From positions 794,912-858,911 of the forward strand of contig RDEW01000001.1 in the NCBI GenBank assembly GCA_011109175.1: 64,000 nt of DNA, read 5' to 3'. Made by a program: the position numbers and the translations under genes. This DNA comes from Dicyema japonicum. Taxonomy: Eukaryota; Animalia; Dicyemida. This document shows, piece after piece, positions 13,510 to 26,569 of the stretch (its first letter is position 1; every line of letters begins with the position of its first letter). Below the pieces are notes generated by a model. It worked only from the letters and a program-made list of their open reading frames with translations, had not been told where the DNA came from and ran no database searches.

Positions 13510-15350
13510 ATTCTGTATTTTTTTGACAAAAAACGATAAATACTCCGTAAAAATTACAATTGTAAATTCTTTCAATGTTCATCGGTACTAAGATTTCAAA
13601 ATATTTCGCGGAGAATGGGAAATTATTACGAGTCTTCTTGTAGCAGATCCAGAGAGTAGTGATCACTCCTCCCGACATGAATGTAGATTCTCTGATGGTT
13701 GTGCAATCTGGAAATTTAAGGGAAAGTGATAACTTTGACACAGAATATTTATAACTTGCTTTTTAGCTGTATGAAAGATAGGAATTTGTGTTGGTTTAAT
13801 TTCCACGGAGATTACTTATTGAATACATGCTTTATATTACACAAACTAACATTTGATTAACCAACTATGAGTCAAATTCATCTTATTCTCTTCTTAATCC
13901 TTTGGATATAAGCTCATTGAGTTTTCATAAAGAGCAGAGTTACCTTTAGCAATATCCTGTACTTTAATAACCATCCTCATTTTTGCCCTTTGTAGTTTAA
14001 TAGCATTGATATCTGAAATGTCCTCACTCTGAATATAAAAATAATAAATACTTATATGCGGGCCATATTCTCTAAGATTCCCAAGCAGTGGTTACTATTT
14101 CTGAGGAAAGGTTGATCATTGAATTCAAAGTAATGCGTAATAAGTGCAACCATAATCAGTCGATATACTCTTCCCCTTTTCAAGAGAGTTCTTAAATACA
14201 AAAGAAGGTCTTCCAATATGTTGTGAGGTAATAAAGTAATAGCTTTAATAATAAACAGAGTAACTTTTCAACACAAGGATTTATATCTTCCAAAAGACAG
14301 ACCTTATCAATATTACTAGCTATTAACACAATCGACTAAATTATTGAAAATTATACCCCTAATTTACAACCTCTTCCAATATAGAAATACAAATGAGCGC
14401 TCCAGCCATCTGACCACTTACTGTAATAAAAAAGAGTACAGCAGTATAACTCATAAAGACGAGTTATTTCCACATGACCTGAGTTATCCTGACATTTGTT
14501 GCATCTAAATTATTATTATATAAACATCTGTTTCTAATGTGGAAAGTGACGATACAGTCTCTGATTGACCACAGTGGAATAAAATTTGATCAAGATTGGG
14601 CTGATTGTAAACTAAAATTACTCTAATGACGATATTATTAGTGGCATCTGTTCTGAAAAGTTGTCGTGGAATATTTTGTCCAGCCAATCGTTAATCACTC
14701 CATATCGTTCACTTTGAGATTCTTTGTGTTTGTTATTAATACTTGTCTGTTTTGAAAGATGTATTCGTTCTTTACTTTTTCGAGACACTCTTCCAGTCGA
14801 AGAAGAAAAGTCAGTGATATTCTCAGGTTTTTTGAAGCAATGAGAATCGACTTTGCAGTTTTAACCTACATGAGTAAGATTGACTAAATCCTGGTGAGAA
14901 CAGCAAGCCACAATTGTGGATGTGATTTGTTCGGTATGCTTAAATTTTGGTAATAGTTGTTGGAGGCTAAAGAATAGATTCTGATTGTTTGTGAGTTCTT
15001 ACACAGCATCCTGTCGTTCCATGCTGTCCCGTATTCTATGTGAATAAGAATTCTACCGAAAGATGGCTGGAGGATGTTGCACGCAGTAATCTAAACCCAA
15101 TCTTTGTTCTGGTGTGGTCGAGGACGGAAAGCAAGGTCGTGTTCTTTTTCCCGTCCCTGAGATAGTACAAAAGTTCTAAATTGTGAGCAATTTTAGAATC
15201 TAATTACAGTTAAATACAAACCAATGAGAGTTGTGTTAGTGACTGCTTTAAACTCTACCTTGAGTGATGAGTTGAGTAAGTCAAATCAATAAAACACAAC
15301 ATAGCATTAGCAGCAGCAAGTGCATAGTATCAAAATAAAACCAATTGTTA
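13510..15350 (-). mobile_element. Highly degraded RTE-like LINE
   Basis: Scattered endonuclease- and RT-like words on the minus strand, with many stops. Confidence 0.35.
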
Positions 15351-15911
15351 CTTATTCTCCTCCTGGTGAACCACATGGGAATAATCACTCATTACTAGTC
15401 TTGTTATCTTCGAAAAATCAGATAAATAAATACTATCGATAAAGTTAATGTTAGATTCACCCATATTCTCCCTTATAACATTCACTGCGTTTGTCTTTGT
15501 GGACATCATTTGGTACAGACAAAATCACTTGATTGCAAAATGTTGCAGTAAATTATTAAACAAAAATAACAGAGTGTGTCGAAAAATGTATGAGAGTGAG
15601 AATAGGGTGCTCTTTAGGCTCAGTTGAGGAAATTCCAACTTCTACACTTGCCAGAACTCTGCATTCGCTTGCTAACGGAATTTAAGATTATATAGTACCT
15701 AGAATTGACTTGGATGGTTGGCTTTTTACTCAATGTGGACTGGTTTATTCTGTTCCTGATAGCCTTATATACTTTAAATTTCTCTTTTGAATGAATTAAA
15801 GTTGGAAAGTGATGTCGGATTGGGAGTTAATAATTCATTAAAATATAATTAAATTCACACACCACAGTATTCCATTTAAAAAATATTTCCCTCCTAAAAT
15901 ATAATACCGAG

Positions 15912-16022
15912 GAACTCGTTCGCAATCCACGCAGCAGGCTTCCTCAACTGATATTTGTTTAATTGTTTAAACATTTTGAAATATAATACTTTATTTAAAA
16001 ATAAGTTCAATTTAAAAAAAAA
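15912..16022 (+). mobile_element. 5'-truncated 3' stub of the CRE-like element with A-rich tail
   Basis: ggaactcgttcgcaatccacgcagcaggcttcctcaactgatatttgtt matches the reverse complement of ~27595-27650; followed by an AT-rich UTR ending in an A run. Confidence 0.75.
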
Positions 16023-16850
16023 TTTTTGTTTCGGTGCTGGTTTCAAGACCATTGGTGCTGGTGCCACGACCATTGACGCTACTTACGTTTTCGCAAGTCG
16101 AAAGAGTTTTCAATGCCAAGATACACAATACAAGGCCATATTACAAGACGATCCGAAGATACACATTACAAGGGACATACTACAAGACGAAGGAACCTAT
16201 TCACTTCGAGTGAATCTCCTCAAGACAAATAAACATATTACAAACGAAGGAACCCATTACATGGTGGAGAAACGTATTACAAGTCGGAAGGATATGTTCA
16301 CAATTACGAAGGAACCCATTATACTGTGGAGAAGCATATCACAAGTCGGAAGGATTATTCACAATTACGAAGAAACCTATTGAAAGCGCAGTAGACGAAG
16401 GGTCAAAATCTCTGGATATTCTCCAAGTTGGACCTGGTACCCACAACAATTGAATCCCTACATTCGAATCCGGGTCTACACGGAACTTTGTCATCGTGCG
16501 GACTTTGATCCCTACAGGACCTGGGTCTATAGTAGATGTACATACTAGAGTTGGGACCTACCGAGGGTACCCATACCAAATGTTCCCTACATTCGAATTG
16601 GGTTCTACGAAAGACTTTGTCAACCACATTATTGGTCCCTAGAAGGCGGCTTGGAAAAAAAACATACTGGGGGAAGGGACCTACTAAGGGAGAACTAACT
16701 GGAGATGGGCTTACTAGCTTTGTACCTACTACGCTCTGGATATAAGGGCAGGATTCATGGGATCCAACACTAGGACGAAATTCAACCAACGATAGAAGAT
16801 AACTAAATGGAGTGTGGATACATCGGAAGTGTCCAGGCCGCATAGGCGGA
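16023..16850 (+). pseudogene. Unidentified GC-richer decayed coding island with internal repeats
   Basis: Repeat anchor ACGAAG(G/A)AACC(C/T)ATT at 16187, 16244, 16306 and 16367; second repeat encoding PTFExGSTxxFV at 16456 and 16585. Confidence 0.4.
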
Positions 16851-16959
16851 CACGTATAAATATCCTTAAAATAACTCCTTAATTACTTTGGAATAAATTT
16901 GGTTTTCGGTTTTCGGTCTATTCACATTAAGGAAACCGGTATATAACAGGAATGTTACA

Positions 16960-18420
16960 CCAAGGGCGGGCTCTCCCAAATATTCGAAGATGTATCTAGT
17001 ATAGCGCAGAACTAGAATGCTGACCCGGACAAGAGAAGAGGCGGTATGCTGGTCATCTAAAAGGCAGAAGTGGCAAAGTGGCGAAGCCGATTGTCCAAAT
17101 TCTTTTAAGCCTATATAGTAACCTCTGAGGAGACGCGTTCAATTTAAATATAAACGATTTTATTATAGGAGTGGTTTTTTGGCATAACCTCATGTCTGCC
17201 CTGAGCAAGCTGGATGTGGAAAACGTTTCGTGGTTTCTTAACTCTGAGAGTCCTCTGTGATGACCCCTGAAAACAGGAACAACTTTCCAGTTGTAACTTT
17301 ACAGCATAGGTTTAAGAAAGGTCACTCTACACAAATCACATCCTAACAAACTAAATAATAAGGGAATGAAATGCAAACCTGTAATCAAAAGTTTCTAATA
17401 TGATGTTTTGGCAAACAGAAGGTTTTTGACTCCCGAGGAAATTACTTAAAAATGATCTTTATTTCTGACATTCTTAACAAATTGAAAATTTTGATTGCAA
17501 ACCTTTTTAACGGACGAAGTGGAAGGGTAGGCGCACGTTCTATGAAATCGTTATCTATATTTCTGCCAGACGGTGTCCCACAGTAATCTCACCTATTTTG
17601 TTCAATCTTTTCCTGAACAATATACCTACCATTACCATCGCCGATAGGCTGGTTTTGCGTATTGTGACGATGTAATCATCACATCAAGACACCAATGTGT
17701 TCACATTGCGGCTGCCCTCTTACAGGATTTATCAGACCATCTGAGTTATGGGAAACCTATTATACACAAGTCTTGAAAAATCATACACAATGGTTTTACC
17801 TCAAATAGAAGACTATCTCTGTATTGCTCTTAACTCTTAATTAAGATTTTATCCCCTCCACAAACTCTTCCAAGTAACTCTTGGTCAAATTCAGTTGACC
17901 AATAAAAACTAAACTTTGTAAAATGAACTTTGTCAAAACACTCCTTGGACAATAAAAAGATTGTTTCAACTGAACAATAAGCTCACTATTACAACCGACA
18001 ATTAGCTGTGATGCATTGAAGATCAACTGTAAAATACAAATCTAAAGACCGTATTCTTTAAAGCAAACCTTCTCCACTTGGCTGTAAAATTAACTCCTTT
18101 CGAGGTCTTTTTGAGGAGAACACGATTAGGAAGTGCGTCAGATCGAAATTATACCAAAGATCTAGGATAAAACCAAAATACCAATCCCGTGATAATGACG
18201 CGTTCCAGTAGAGCCCTTGTCGAATGCAGTCATCTAGAGCAGGCATGTCAAACTCAAAAGGCTCCACGAGCCGCATAAGATAATTTGAATTTACAAGCGG
18301 GCCACACTAACAAATCTGAAAAACACCGTAATCTTATTGAGTGTATTTAATAATTTGCAATCCTACCACAACAACTATATTACGATGACACTAAGCCAAA
18401 TATAACAACTTATTATTAAA
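16960..18420 (+). mobile_element. Degraded Jockey/I-like LINE
   Basis: RRGGMLVI (endonuclease-like); GVPQ..SPILFNLFLNNIP..AYCDDV (RT). Confidence 0.65.
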
Positions 18421-18559
18421 GTAAAGTTGTTATGACAGGTCTCCATTATGGCCTGCAGGCATTGAGCACGCGATGGGAGTTACCTCTCATAATCGAGAGA
18501 CCAACTTTCTGGAAATATAGCAATTGATATTATTTTAAAAAAATTATAAAATCACTCTT

Positions 18560-19040
18560 TCTGACTGAAATGTATTACTGCCCTGTCATAGGCACTGATA
18601 AAAACTGCAAGCTGTGCTACTTCAGTGATGTCAACGGTATCATCAATAGCAAAAGAAAGGTGTTCACAAATTTAGATGATGTAGTCTTCAACCGTTGTTT
18701 CAAATTATCTGTAATCATCAATCTGTCCAGCAGCAGTGTTCCTGGTTAATGGAGTGTTCTGACATAACTGTGTATTCCATGGGCAAACAATATCAGATTT
18801 CTTACCATCAATGCTTTATAAATCTCCTTCAATGTAAAATTTGTCACCCATTGGGACCATTCGGCTAAGTTCATAGCTCGCAGTAACAGAAGCTACATTG
18901 GCTTGCTCTATTTTTGTAAAGCATTCGATGGTTAGTTTCATAATGTCTTTTTAAGCTTTACTCTTGGTGTGGCAATGCTGTTGTTGCAAACTAAAAAATG
19001 TATCTTTGGATGTAAAAAAGTACTATAGTTTACATTTTTC
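18560..19040 (-). mobile_element. hAT transposase remnant (Buster/SPIN/GTF2IRD2-like)
   Basis: ASYELSRM..DIVCP..PLTRNT..IDD..LSFAIDDTVDITEVAQLAVFI. Confidence 0.78.
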
Positions 19041-20139
19041 TTTAAATAACCGTCTTTACTTTAGTCTCCTATCCTATCAGCTGAAGATGTTATTCTAAAT
19101 TTAGCAAGTTTGCGCTGTGCATAGAAAGACAATTAATATAATTATTTATTTTTTAATTTAATTAATATAATAATCGAAACGATTCCACAAAAGCAATTTA
19201 TTATTGTTATAAAATTTGTTAAAATTATCGCCAATAAATTAAACAATTTAAGTATAATGTTATGCACGTAAGCGCCCAATGCTCTTCCAAACACGCACCT
19301 TGTAGGACAGTATTGCTGCTATGGGAAATTTCGTATATAAGGGTGAACGTATAATTTAAACGTATGAACGTCTCTTGAATAGCCTCCTTTCCGGATTCCA
19401 GCAAGCCGCTAGATCAATCAGATAAACTTGAAGCCATGAAGCACATCATATCATAACGAGATCGGTCGAGAGGCAAACCTATGTCACGGCTTATGAATTA
19501 TTCATTTGACAGCAGAAAGGCTCAAATATAAAATAGCAAGTAACTCATGATCTTCGGTACACAGGAGGACCTTACGGGTCCTACCTAGTACGTCAGATCG
19601 GGTCAATTATTTAAAAGGTCACCAAGGAAATCTCCGAGACATATCTCAAAAACTACAGTCGAGCAAAATCAGGTGCACTTTATTAAAAAAAATCTATTAT
19701 TATTAAAAAATGATAAATGCGCAAAAGCACACTGAAAAAATATGCCGTAGGACAGCCCGTATGGAACGGTCCGTACTGGAAAGCGACCTACAGTGCAATA
19801 TGCGGCAATCCAATAGATAAACTGTCTAAATGATAACAGTAAATCACGACCAGGTAAGTAAATTTTTTAGAATATGCTTCCTCCAAAAATCTAACTATAT
19901 TGCTAAAATATTATAGCCAAAAGAATGCTTTTAAAATCAAAGGAATAAAGTAATTTTAGTTTTCAGATAATTATTCCTTACTTTAATATCCCAATAAATT
20001 TTCAAAAGTATTTATATAAATAATGGTTAACCAATGTAAATGTCATTTAATATATAATAAAAAATGATTATTTTAATTTATTTATCTTTTTAAATTAATT
20101 AGGTCAAAAAATGTATATAAATTTATTCAAATTTGTATT

Positions 20140-20218
20140 TGGCAGGCGGCACACTAGAAATTGTCTCGCGGCACACTAAGTGTGCCGCGGCAGCCGTTTG
20201 ACAACCTCTGATATAATA
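20140..20218 (-). mobile_element. hAT/Buster-type terminal inverted repeat with subterminal palindrome
   Basis: Reverse complement reads CAGAGGTTGTCAAAC; palindrome cgcggcacactaagtgtgccgcg; flanking 8-mer ataTAata has the central TA typical of Buster target sites. Confidence 0.6.
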
Positions 20219-20369
20219 TGTACACTCTAGAGATCGATGGAGGTTATTTGGACATATACTTGGATTGGACTTAAGGGTCCTGCGAGCGTGACTTCGGAGA
20301 ACAACACTACGCCGACTTTAATCGATAGATAATTCTTAAACAACGATCTCTGAAGGATTAGGAAGCGTC

Positions 20370-20765
20370 TCATGTCCGGAGTCTTTATCGACGAACTATG
20401 CACACTGGCAACTAGAAATCTAAGAAACTGAATTTTTCGAGTTGCATGTGTCTTGTTTTGGGCAAAAGATAGAATGAAAAAAGAGAGGTGGGAGTTATTT
20501 TAACATATCCTTAAAATTCATGAACGATGCGATGGAAGCAAACCATTAGTGAACTCAGGGATATCGAGAATGACTCTTATACATATCCAAGAGAACCTAA
20601 GAGCTCTAAAAGCGAGATGACTTGACAACGAAATCAACAAAATCGCAACCTTGGGCGTTCCTCGACAGTCAGTATTCCGCGTAGTGTTCTACAAATGACG
20701 AGAAAATCTCAAACTTTCGAATAGTTCATGTAAATTTCATCTATCCTATGTCTTCCGTGAATTCA
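20370..20765 (+). repeat. Dispersed repeat (LINE C-terminal-like), second copy at ~27160-27550
   Basis: Direct high identity between the two copies. Confidence 0.75.
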
Positions 20766-23049
20766 CACGAGCAGGTACATCCTTTCTTAAGTACATTTGT
20801 AATGGTTACCTTTTATGCTTAACCTGATCAAAGTAGAATTTGAGAATAAGAGACCCACGTGACTAGACATACTTTTACTAGTAATTGATAAGTCATTTAT
20901 ACACAACCATCAACATAGGTACGAAAGCCAAATAATTCTATCACGTAGACAACTGTCTGTTCGTCCTTCAATCATGATTTTGTTTTAAAGCCACGCTATC
21001 AACATTCTCCTAACAACTAAGAAGTTCGCACTAGCACGTGCTAGGTAACAGTTGGCAATAGAAACGTAAATTCTTATATCAAAAACTATATTCTATAGGA
21101 TTCGCACAGGAAATTTCTATTATAAGTCACATGGGTGACTGTTGATCCCCCATTATTTTGTCACCTCGACGACCCATTCTCAAATGCTGACTCTGCGTCA
21201 CAAAATAAGCTTAAATATACTAAATCTTGGAGATCGATTGCTCCTTTTCACAATCGCATTTTTAACTGCAATGACGGTAAAAATTATTATCTAAATAGTA
21301 AACTAAACTGTGGATCACAAGAGACTCTGATGAAGGGGCGGGATAGACACCACATGAATAATAGCGCCAGAAAACGTCAAAATCATCCCCATTGAGTTAC
21401 AAAATGACGGAATATCTAATAACCAATCATATGGTTGAACTAATGACGCGACACTCCTAGAGAATATCCAAGGATCTACTTCTCAATAGGGGAAGTTTAA
21501 GGAGCCCTGTCTAGAGGCCACACAGTTAGTATGAATATATAATTGTTAGTAATAATGATAGAATATGTAGGCGTCATCAGTTAACTATAAAAATCATGAT
21601 TACCCAAGAAAACAACACATAATATGCTATATTGGATAACTTCAACGAATGGATTAGTTCATTATACGACTAGACTAAGTAAGAATATTAATTTAAGCTA
21701 ATAAACCGCAAAGGTACAACGTAGAAACACGTTTGAAATTTTAAATAAATTTATTTGTTTCTGGTTCAATAAATAAATTTAAATAAATTATTTATGTTTA
21801 TCATATATATTAGCTAAAAAATATATTTAATTATAAACATTCTCAAAGTATTTATTGAATAAACCAAAAACTTTCAAAGTAGCTGGGAACGGTAGTTTTG
21901 CGCTCTCCGTAGCCATTACAAGCAAACGATTTGGTAGTTATAAAAGAATTCCTTTAGAAATAGCTAATAAATGGAAATTCTATTACAGATGTATGTAAAT
22001 AATAATAGCTTAATATGTGGTAGATATGTCTAAGACAACCTTTACGTACCTGTATGATCTTATTTACTATTCAGACCAAGGTGGTCTTCACCGTTCCTTT
22101 CTCGTTTTTAAGTATCTAGATCACAATTTAGAACTTCGGGAAGCACAATACACGGACATCTGTGGAATCAAACGTATAGTGTCTTCCCAAACATACACCG
22201 TATTAATTATGTAAGTAAGAAAAAACGTGAAACTTTCTGAGATAGTCTCTGAATAATAACATCAGTTATTTAAGCAACTCACACATGATCATGCTCGGAA
22301 TATATCAGACTTTTAAAAAGAATACTAAAGTCACTGTAAAAATCTATTTTGAATCGGTCGCAGTAGAAACCTCTGGGTTATTTAGTAGCAGGTCACAACC
22401 CTGGTAAACAGTATTGAATTGGTTATCATGATAAAAAAGAGGGATAAAATAGAAACCTCTGGGTTATTTAGTAGCAGGTCACAACCCTGGTAAACAGTAT
22501 TGAATTGGTTATCATGATAAAAAAGAGGGATAAAAGAAAGAAGTTGGATTATTGAGTGCAAATTCCTACAAATCGTGAACGGAAATGCGTTTTCAATTCT
22601 GAAAGTGGCCACCCTCGACTGAGATAAAAATATTCCAAAAACCAGGGTGACTCAAAACTAACTACTCTCTCGATTCCGGCAAGCTCAAGCAAAAAACTCA
22701 ACATGACCAATGCTCCTCTTACGAACCCACAAAATAAAGTACTGGATACTTAACAGAGTCCGTCTTTCAGTAGGATTTGAAAAGTACATCACCATCTAGA
22801 TCTTCCCCAAATTAACCACCTGCTTGATTTTTCAATTTGAGAAAAAATCATCTGTAGATTAATTCCTATATAATCCCGTCAAATACATAACCTTGATGTC
22901 AATAATCATATTGACGTATTCAAACTCAGAATAAGGCTTCAAAAGTATTATTAATTTAATATTCAATATTAATTTGTAGCAAAAAAAAGTAAGCACTACC
23001 GCGTTGCCATAAGCACGTAAGATGCCTAGGGTTTCGCTCGTACAGAACA

Positions 23050-23303
23050 CACACTTTAAGTAAAGAACAGTTATTATAACTATTCGTGGAGGGAGAACCA
23101 AGGAATGCTCTTTACTTCTTTGTTTTTTTCTTGGGTGTGTGTCCTTTTTGACTATCCAGTTCCGCAGCGAATTTCCACTGGCGTAACTCGTCAAGCCCTT
23201 TTCGCATCGTAGATGCAGGAACCTTCTACCAAATGAACAGCAGCGAGAATCGAACCTGGGAACTAAGCCACTTTTTCCCGTCACCTAACCGTGCCATCCG
23301 GCT
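23050..23303 (-). mobile_element. tRNA-derived SINE, family A copy 2
   Basis: A-box-like TGGCACGGTTAG, B box GGTTCGATTCTCG, shared body and tail ctgttctttacttaaagtgtgtgt. Confidence 0.8.
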
Positions 23304-23804
23304 TTATTTGTAGGTCATAATTATAGTCAGATAACAATTGATTTTTTTGAAAAAAAACCAGAATGCTGACTTTTCGTTCCAAATACTAGGTTTAAAAATT
23401 TATAGNNNNNNNNNNNNNNNNNNNNNNNNNNNNNNNNNNNNNNNNNNNNNNNNNNNNNNNNNNNNNNNNNNNNNNNNNNNNNNNNNNNNNNNNNNNNNNN
23501 NNNNNNNNNNNNNNNNNNNNNNNNNNNNNNNNNNNNNNNNNNNNNNNNNNNNNNNNNNNNNNNNNNNNNNNNNNNNNNNNNNNNNNNNNNNNNNNNNNNN
23601 NNNNNNNNNNNNNNNNNNNNNNNNNNNNNNNNNNNNNNNNNNNNNNNNNNNNNNNNNNNNNNNNNNNNNNAAAAAAACCAGAATGCTGACTTTTCGTTCC
23701 AAATACTAGGTTTAAAAATTTATAGGAATAGTAATTCCACCAATGTTCCCCCTTCGTTGGATAAAGCGGTGATGTATATTCATCACAAAATTTCTTTTAT
23801 GAAT

Positions 23805-24235
23805 GGACAAAATGATGGACCACCGGTGGATCAACCGGCCGATAGCAAAATTAATCTTCATAATTACATTTTTAGCTGATGGTCAAAAGATTGGGGTGGT
23901 GACTTAACTATATAACACTAATTATTGGGAGAGATCATTGATGGTTGGAGATCTTTCCTTCTCTTCCCGTTAGCAGAGATCTTGTAATGGACTCGAACTC
24001 TCAATGCTTATTTATGCTGNTGGACAAAATAATAGACCACCGGTGGATCAACCGGCCGATAGCAAAATTAATCCTCATAAATACATTTTTAGCTGATGGT
24101 CAGAAGATTGGGGTGGTGACGTAACTATATAGCACTAATTATTGGGAGAGATCATTGATGGTTGGAGATCTTTCCTTCTCTTCCCGTTAGCAGAGATCTT
24201 GTAATGGACTCGAACTCTCAATGCTCATATATATT
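23805..24235 (+). repeat. Tandem ~215-nt duplication, possibly an LTR-retroelement protease remnant
   Basis: Two copies separated near the n at 24020; ILADGQKIG resembles retropepsin LADG words, but support is weak. Confidence 0.35.
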
Positions 24236-24492
24236 TAAGCAAATAAACTAAAGATATAACTTTATTCGAATAAAGTTATAATTCAATGCTTAATTCGTTC
24301 ATTATCACTGATTTCATCAGAAAGTAACGTGGTGATAGAAAAGTAGGTTTTTATTGGAGAAATGGCATTGTTTGCTGATTCTAATTTGCTTATTCGACGT
24401 GGGACTAAGCATGTCATCTCTTTGTTTTTAAGTTTCGATTTTACAAAAATCTGATCAAATCTGTAACGTTCAAATATTTCCATTCGTTCAGG

Positions 24493-25700
24493 CTATGAAA
24501 TTGACTTTAAATCATTTTCTATTTTCTTTAAAACCTCTTTTGGAGGAATTCGTGGATCATATCCTTCTGAATGTTTTCTAAAGACTTCCCAATGATTAGC
24601 AAATGTCATTATATCCTTGGTTTCTGGACATTCTTCGACAATCTGTGGTTCAGGGTTAACGGTTGAAGTGACAGAGTCCGCATTTGAGTTTCTAGCCAGC
24701 TTTCTTGATACTTTAAGCCTGAGTTTTGCGAGATTAGTGAACTTTGGAATTCTCAATTTTGTAGCTGGACCATCCACCTTGACTTCTAGTTCAAAGTTGA
24801 GCACATGGTCATTCTTTGAGCCACAATATTCACTCAACTCCTTCAAAGTGACTTTTTCCGGCATCTCATTTTGATTGTGAAATATCCTAATCTTTCGTTA
24901 CATTTTTCCGACAAAAACCTTTAGAGAACCGGCGGGAAAGTATTTGAGGCAGATATGTTTCTTCAACGTACCAATGGTAGTCTCAGAAGGAAATAAAAGC
25001 ACGTGCCAGTTGACCTAAATTTTTATGGAATTCAAATTACATTAAAATTAGCTCTTGGCTCAGATTTTGCTGATTTCACTTTAGAGCCGAATTTGATGAA
25101 GCGATAACTCACGTAAATCTTGTTGTGGAATCGTTCCTTAAGCTTCAGTCGAGGATCATCACTCTCTGAGTCCAAAATCATCATTTTAACGAACATGTCG
25201 AGAGATCTGGATGATTTTCTAAAATAAGAAACTTAAAGTACTTTGCTGGATGATTCTAGCGATATTTCTTAGTACTGAGTCCTCTCTAAATCGTAATTAG
25301 GCGGAACTACTTCAAACTGATTGTTGTTAAGACAACGCTTCAGATTGGACAGTTCACTGACGTCCTTAGATGATCTGAAATGCAATTTTCACAAACTGGG
25401 AGATAAAATAATTTTAATAAGTCATAAAATAGTATTAAACACACAGAACAATTACTGCGGTTAACTCAATGACAATAAATCAACTTTAACATAAATTAAA
25501 CTGACAAAACACGTGCTTAACGGGCAAAGCATGATTTATGAGCGCTTTTATACAAACAGCAAAATGTGAAGTGATAAATCGAATATAATACAGGAATGAG
25601 GACAATCTGAAGAAGAAATTGGGTTTATCATGATTTTACAACAAATTGAACAGTTCAGAAGACTCTCAATGTCCCGAGAGAACAGTGAACGGATATCCAT
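24493..25700 (-). pseudogene. PCGF/BMI1/Psc-family Polycomb RING finger + RAWUL gene with in-frame TGA at the last RING Cys
   Basis: MDIRSLFSRDIESLLNCSICCKIMINPISSSDCPHS|FCENCISDHLRTSVNCPI*SVVLTTISLK|EDSVLRNIARII..VNWHVLLFPSETTIGTLKKHICLKYFPAGSLK|IRIFHNQNEMPEKVTLKELSEYCGSKNDHVLNFELEV. Introns 25396-25591 (196 nt), 25286-25310 (25), ~25219-25241 (23; frame problem), 25015-25040 (26), 24892-24918 (27). Confidence 0.82.
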
Positions 25701-25939
25701 AGATTCGGAGAATTAACGCTGGTAGATATATTTTATAATGCTCAGTTGACGCAAGTTCGATAACCGCATTATTTCACCAATAAAATACGATATTGGCTAA
25801 TCACTCAGTTCTTAAATAGTCTACATCCACCTGCAGTTAACTCCTCAAATTGATGTGATAATATGAACGAGAAAATACTATATTTTGTCTAATTTTTGTG
25901 GTTATCTTATAACCACAATTTACTTTGAATTAAAATTAN

Positions 25940-26290
25940 GGGTCATCCCGTCAGGTCTCTTTCCATCTCGATCGAGACCCACTGGTTCAAGCTGTGCCTT
26001 CTTCTTCGACATCGTCTAATACAACCTAGATGAGGATTTCCATCGCCTTTTAAAGAGCCACCAAAGACATAAACAATTTCTCCAGATTGTCGTTTTCAAA
26101 AAAAGGTTTCCAGGTTGTGATGTTAACCCACAGATCTATTATGTTTTGGAAAAGTTGAGAACTATCATTAAGATCAAAGTCATTCAATTGTAAACTGGAA
26201 AACTAGGAGAACTAAAGTCGGAGGTGAGCAGTTCATTTTTGAATCAGTAGACGTGGAAACTACTTGAGTCATTTGAGGCAGAACACTGAC
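25940..26290 (-). mobile_element. CRE-like element fragment (copy of ~28120-28580)
   Basis: Direct identity; encodes [21 protein letters not shown]. Confidence 0.8.
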
Positions 26291-26569
26291 CCTGCAGAAC
26301 CACATTGGATCACTTATCGGGAGGAAATGGATAATGGAGAAAGGAACTGGCTTATTTTCCTTACAAATCGTCAGGGGAAATATATGATTTATTTGATTAA
26401 TTTTGGATTTTAATAAATCGTAAATTTATCACTTTAAATTTTAGTTGATCCTGATTTTGTATTGAAAAATAATAAAATTTTGAAAATTATTAAGCATACG
26501 TCATATTTTGAAATTAATACACAAGAATGAAAATTTGTCACATTTGTGACTGACATTTTTTTTGTTCGT

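Noticed and set aside
16187-16400. Regularly spaced repeats as a CRISPR-like array
   Set aside because: Whole units, including the spacers, are similar to each other and translate as a peptide repeat; no cas genes; eukaryotic context
24283-24534. Possible 21-nt GA-AG intron or TAG readthrough joining the PCGF frame to the in-frame 66-aa ORF downstream
   Set aside because: The gene can simply end at the TAG at 24493, or use a canonical in-frame 42-nt GT-AG intron; no need for non-canonical splicing
25340-25342. Genome-wide reassignment of TGA to Cys or Trp
   Set aside because: TGA terminates UROS (6750-6752) and the CXXC gene at sensible positions, and TAA terminates RBM28 and the LAMP-like genes
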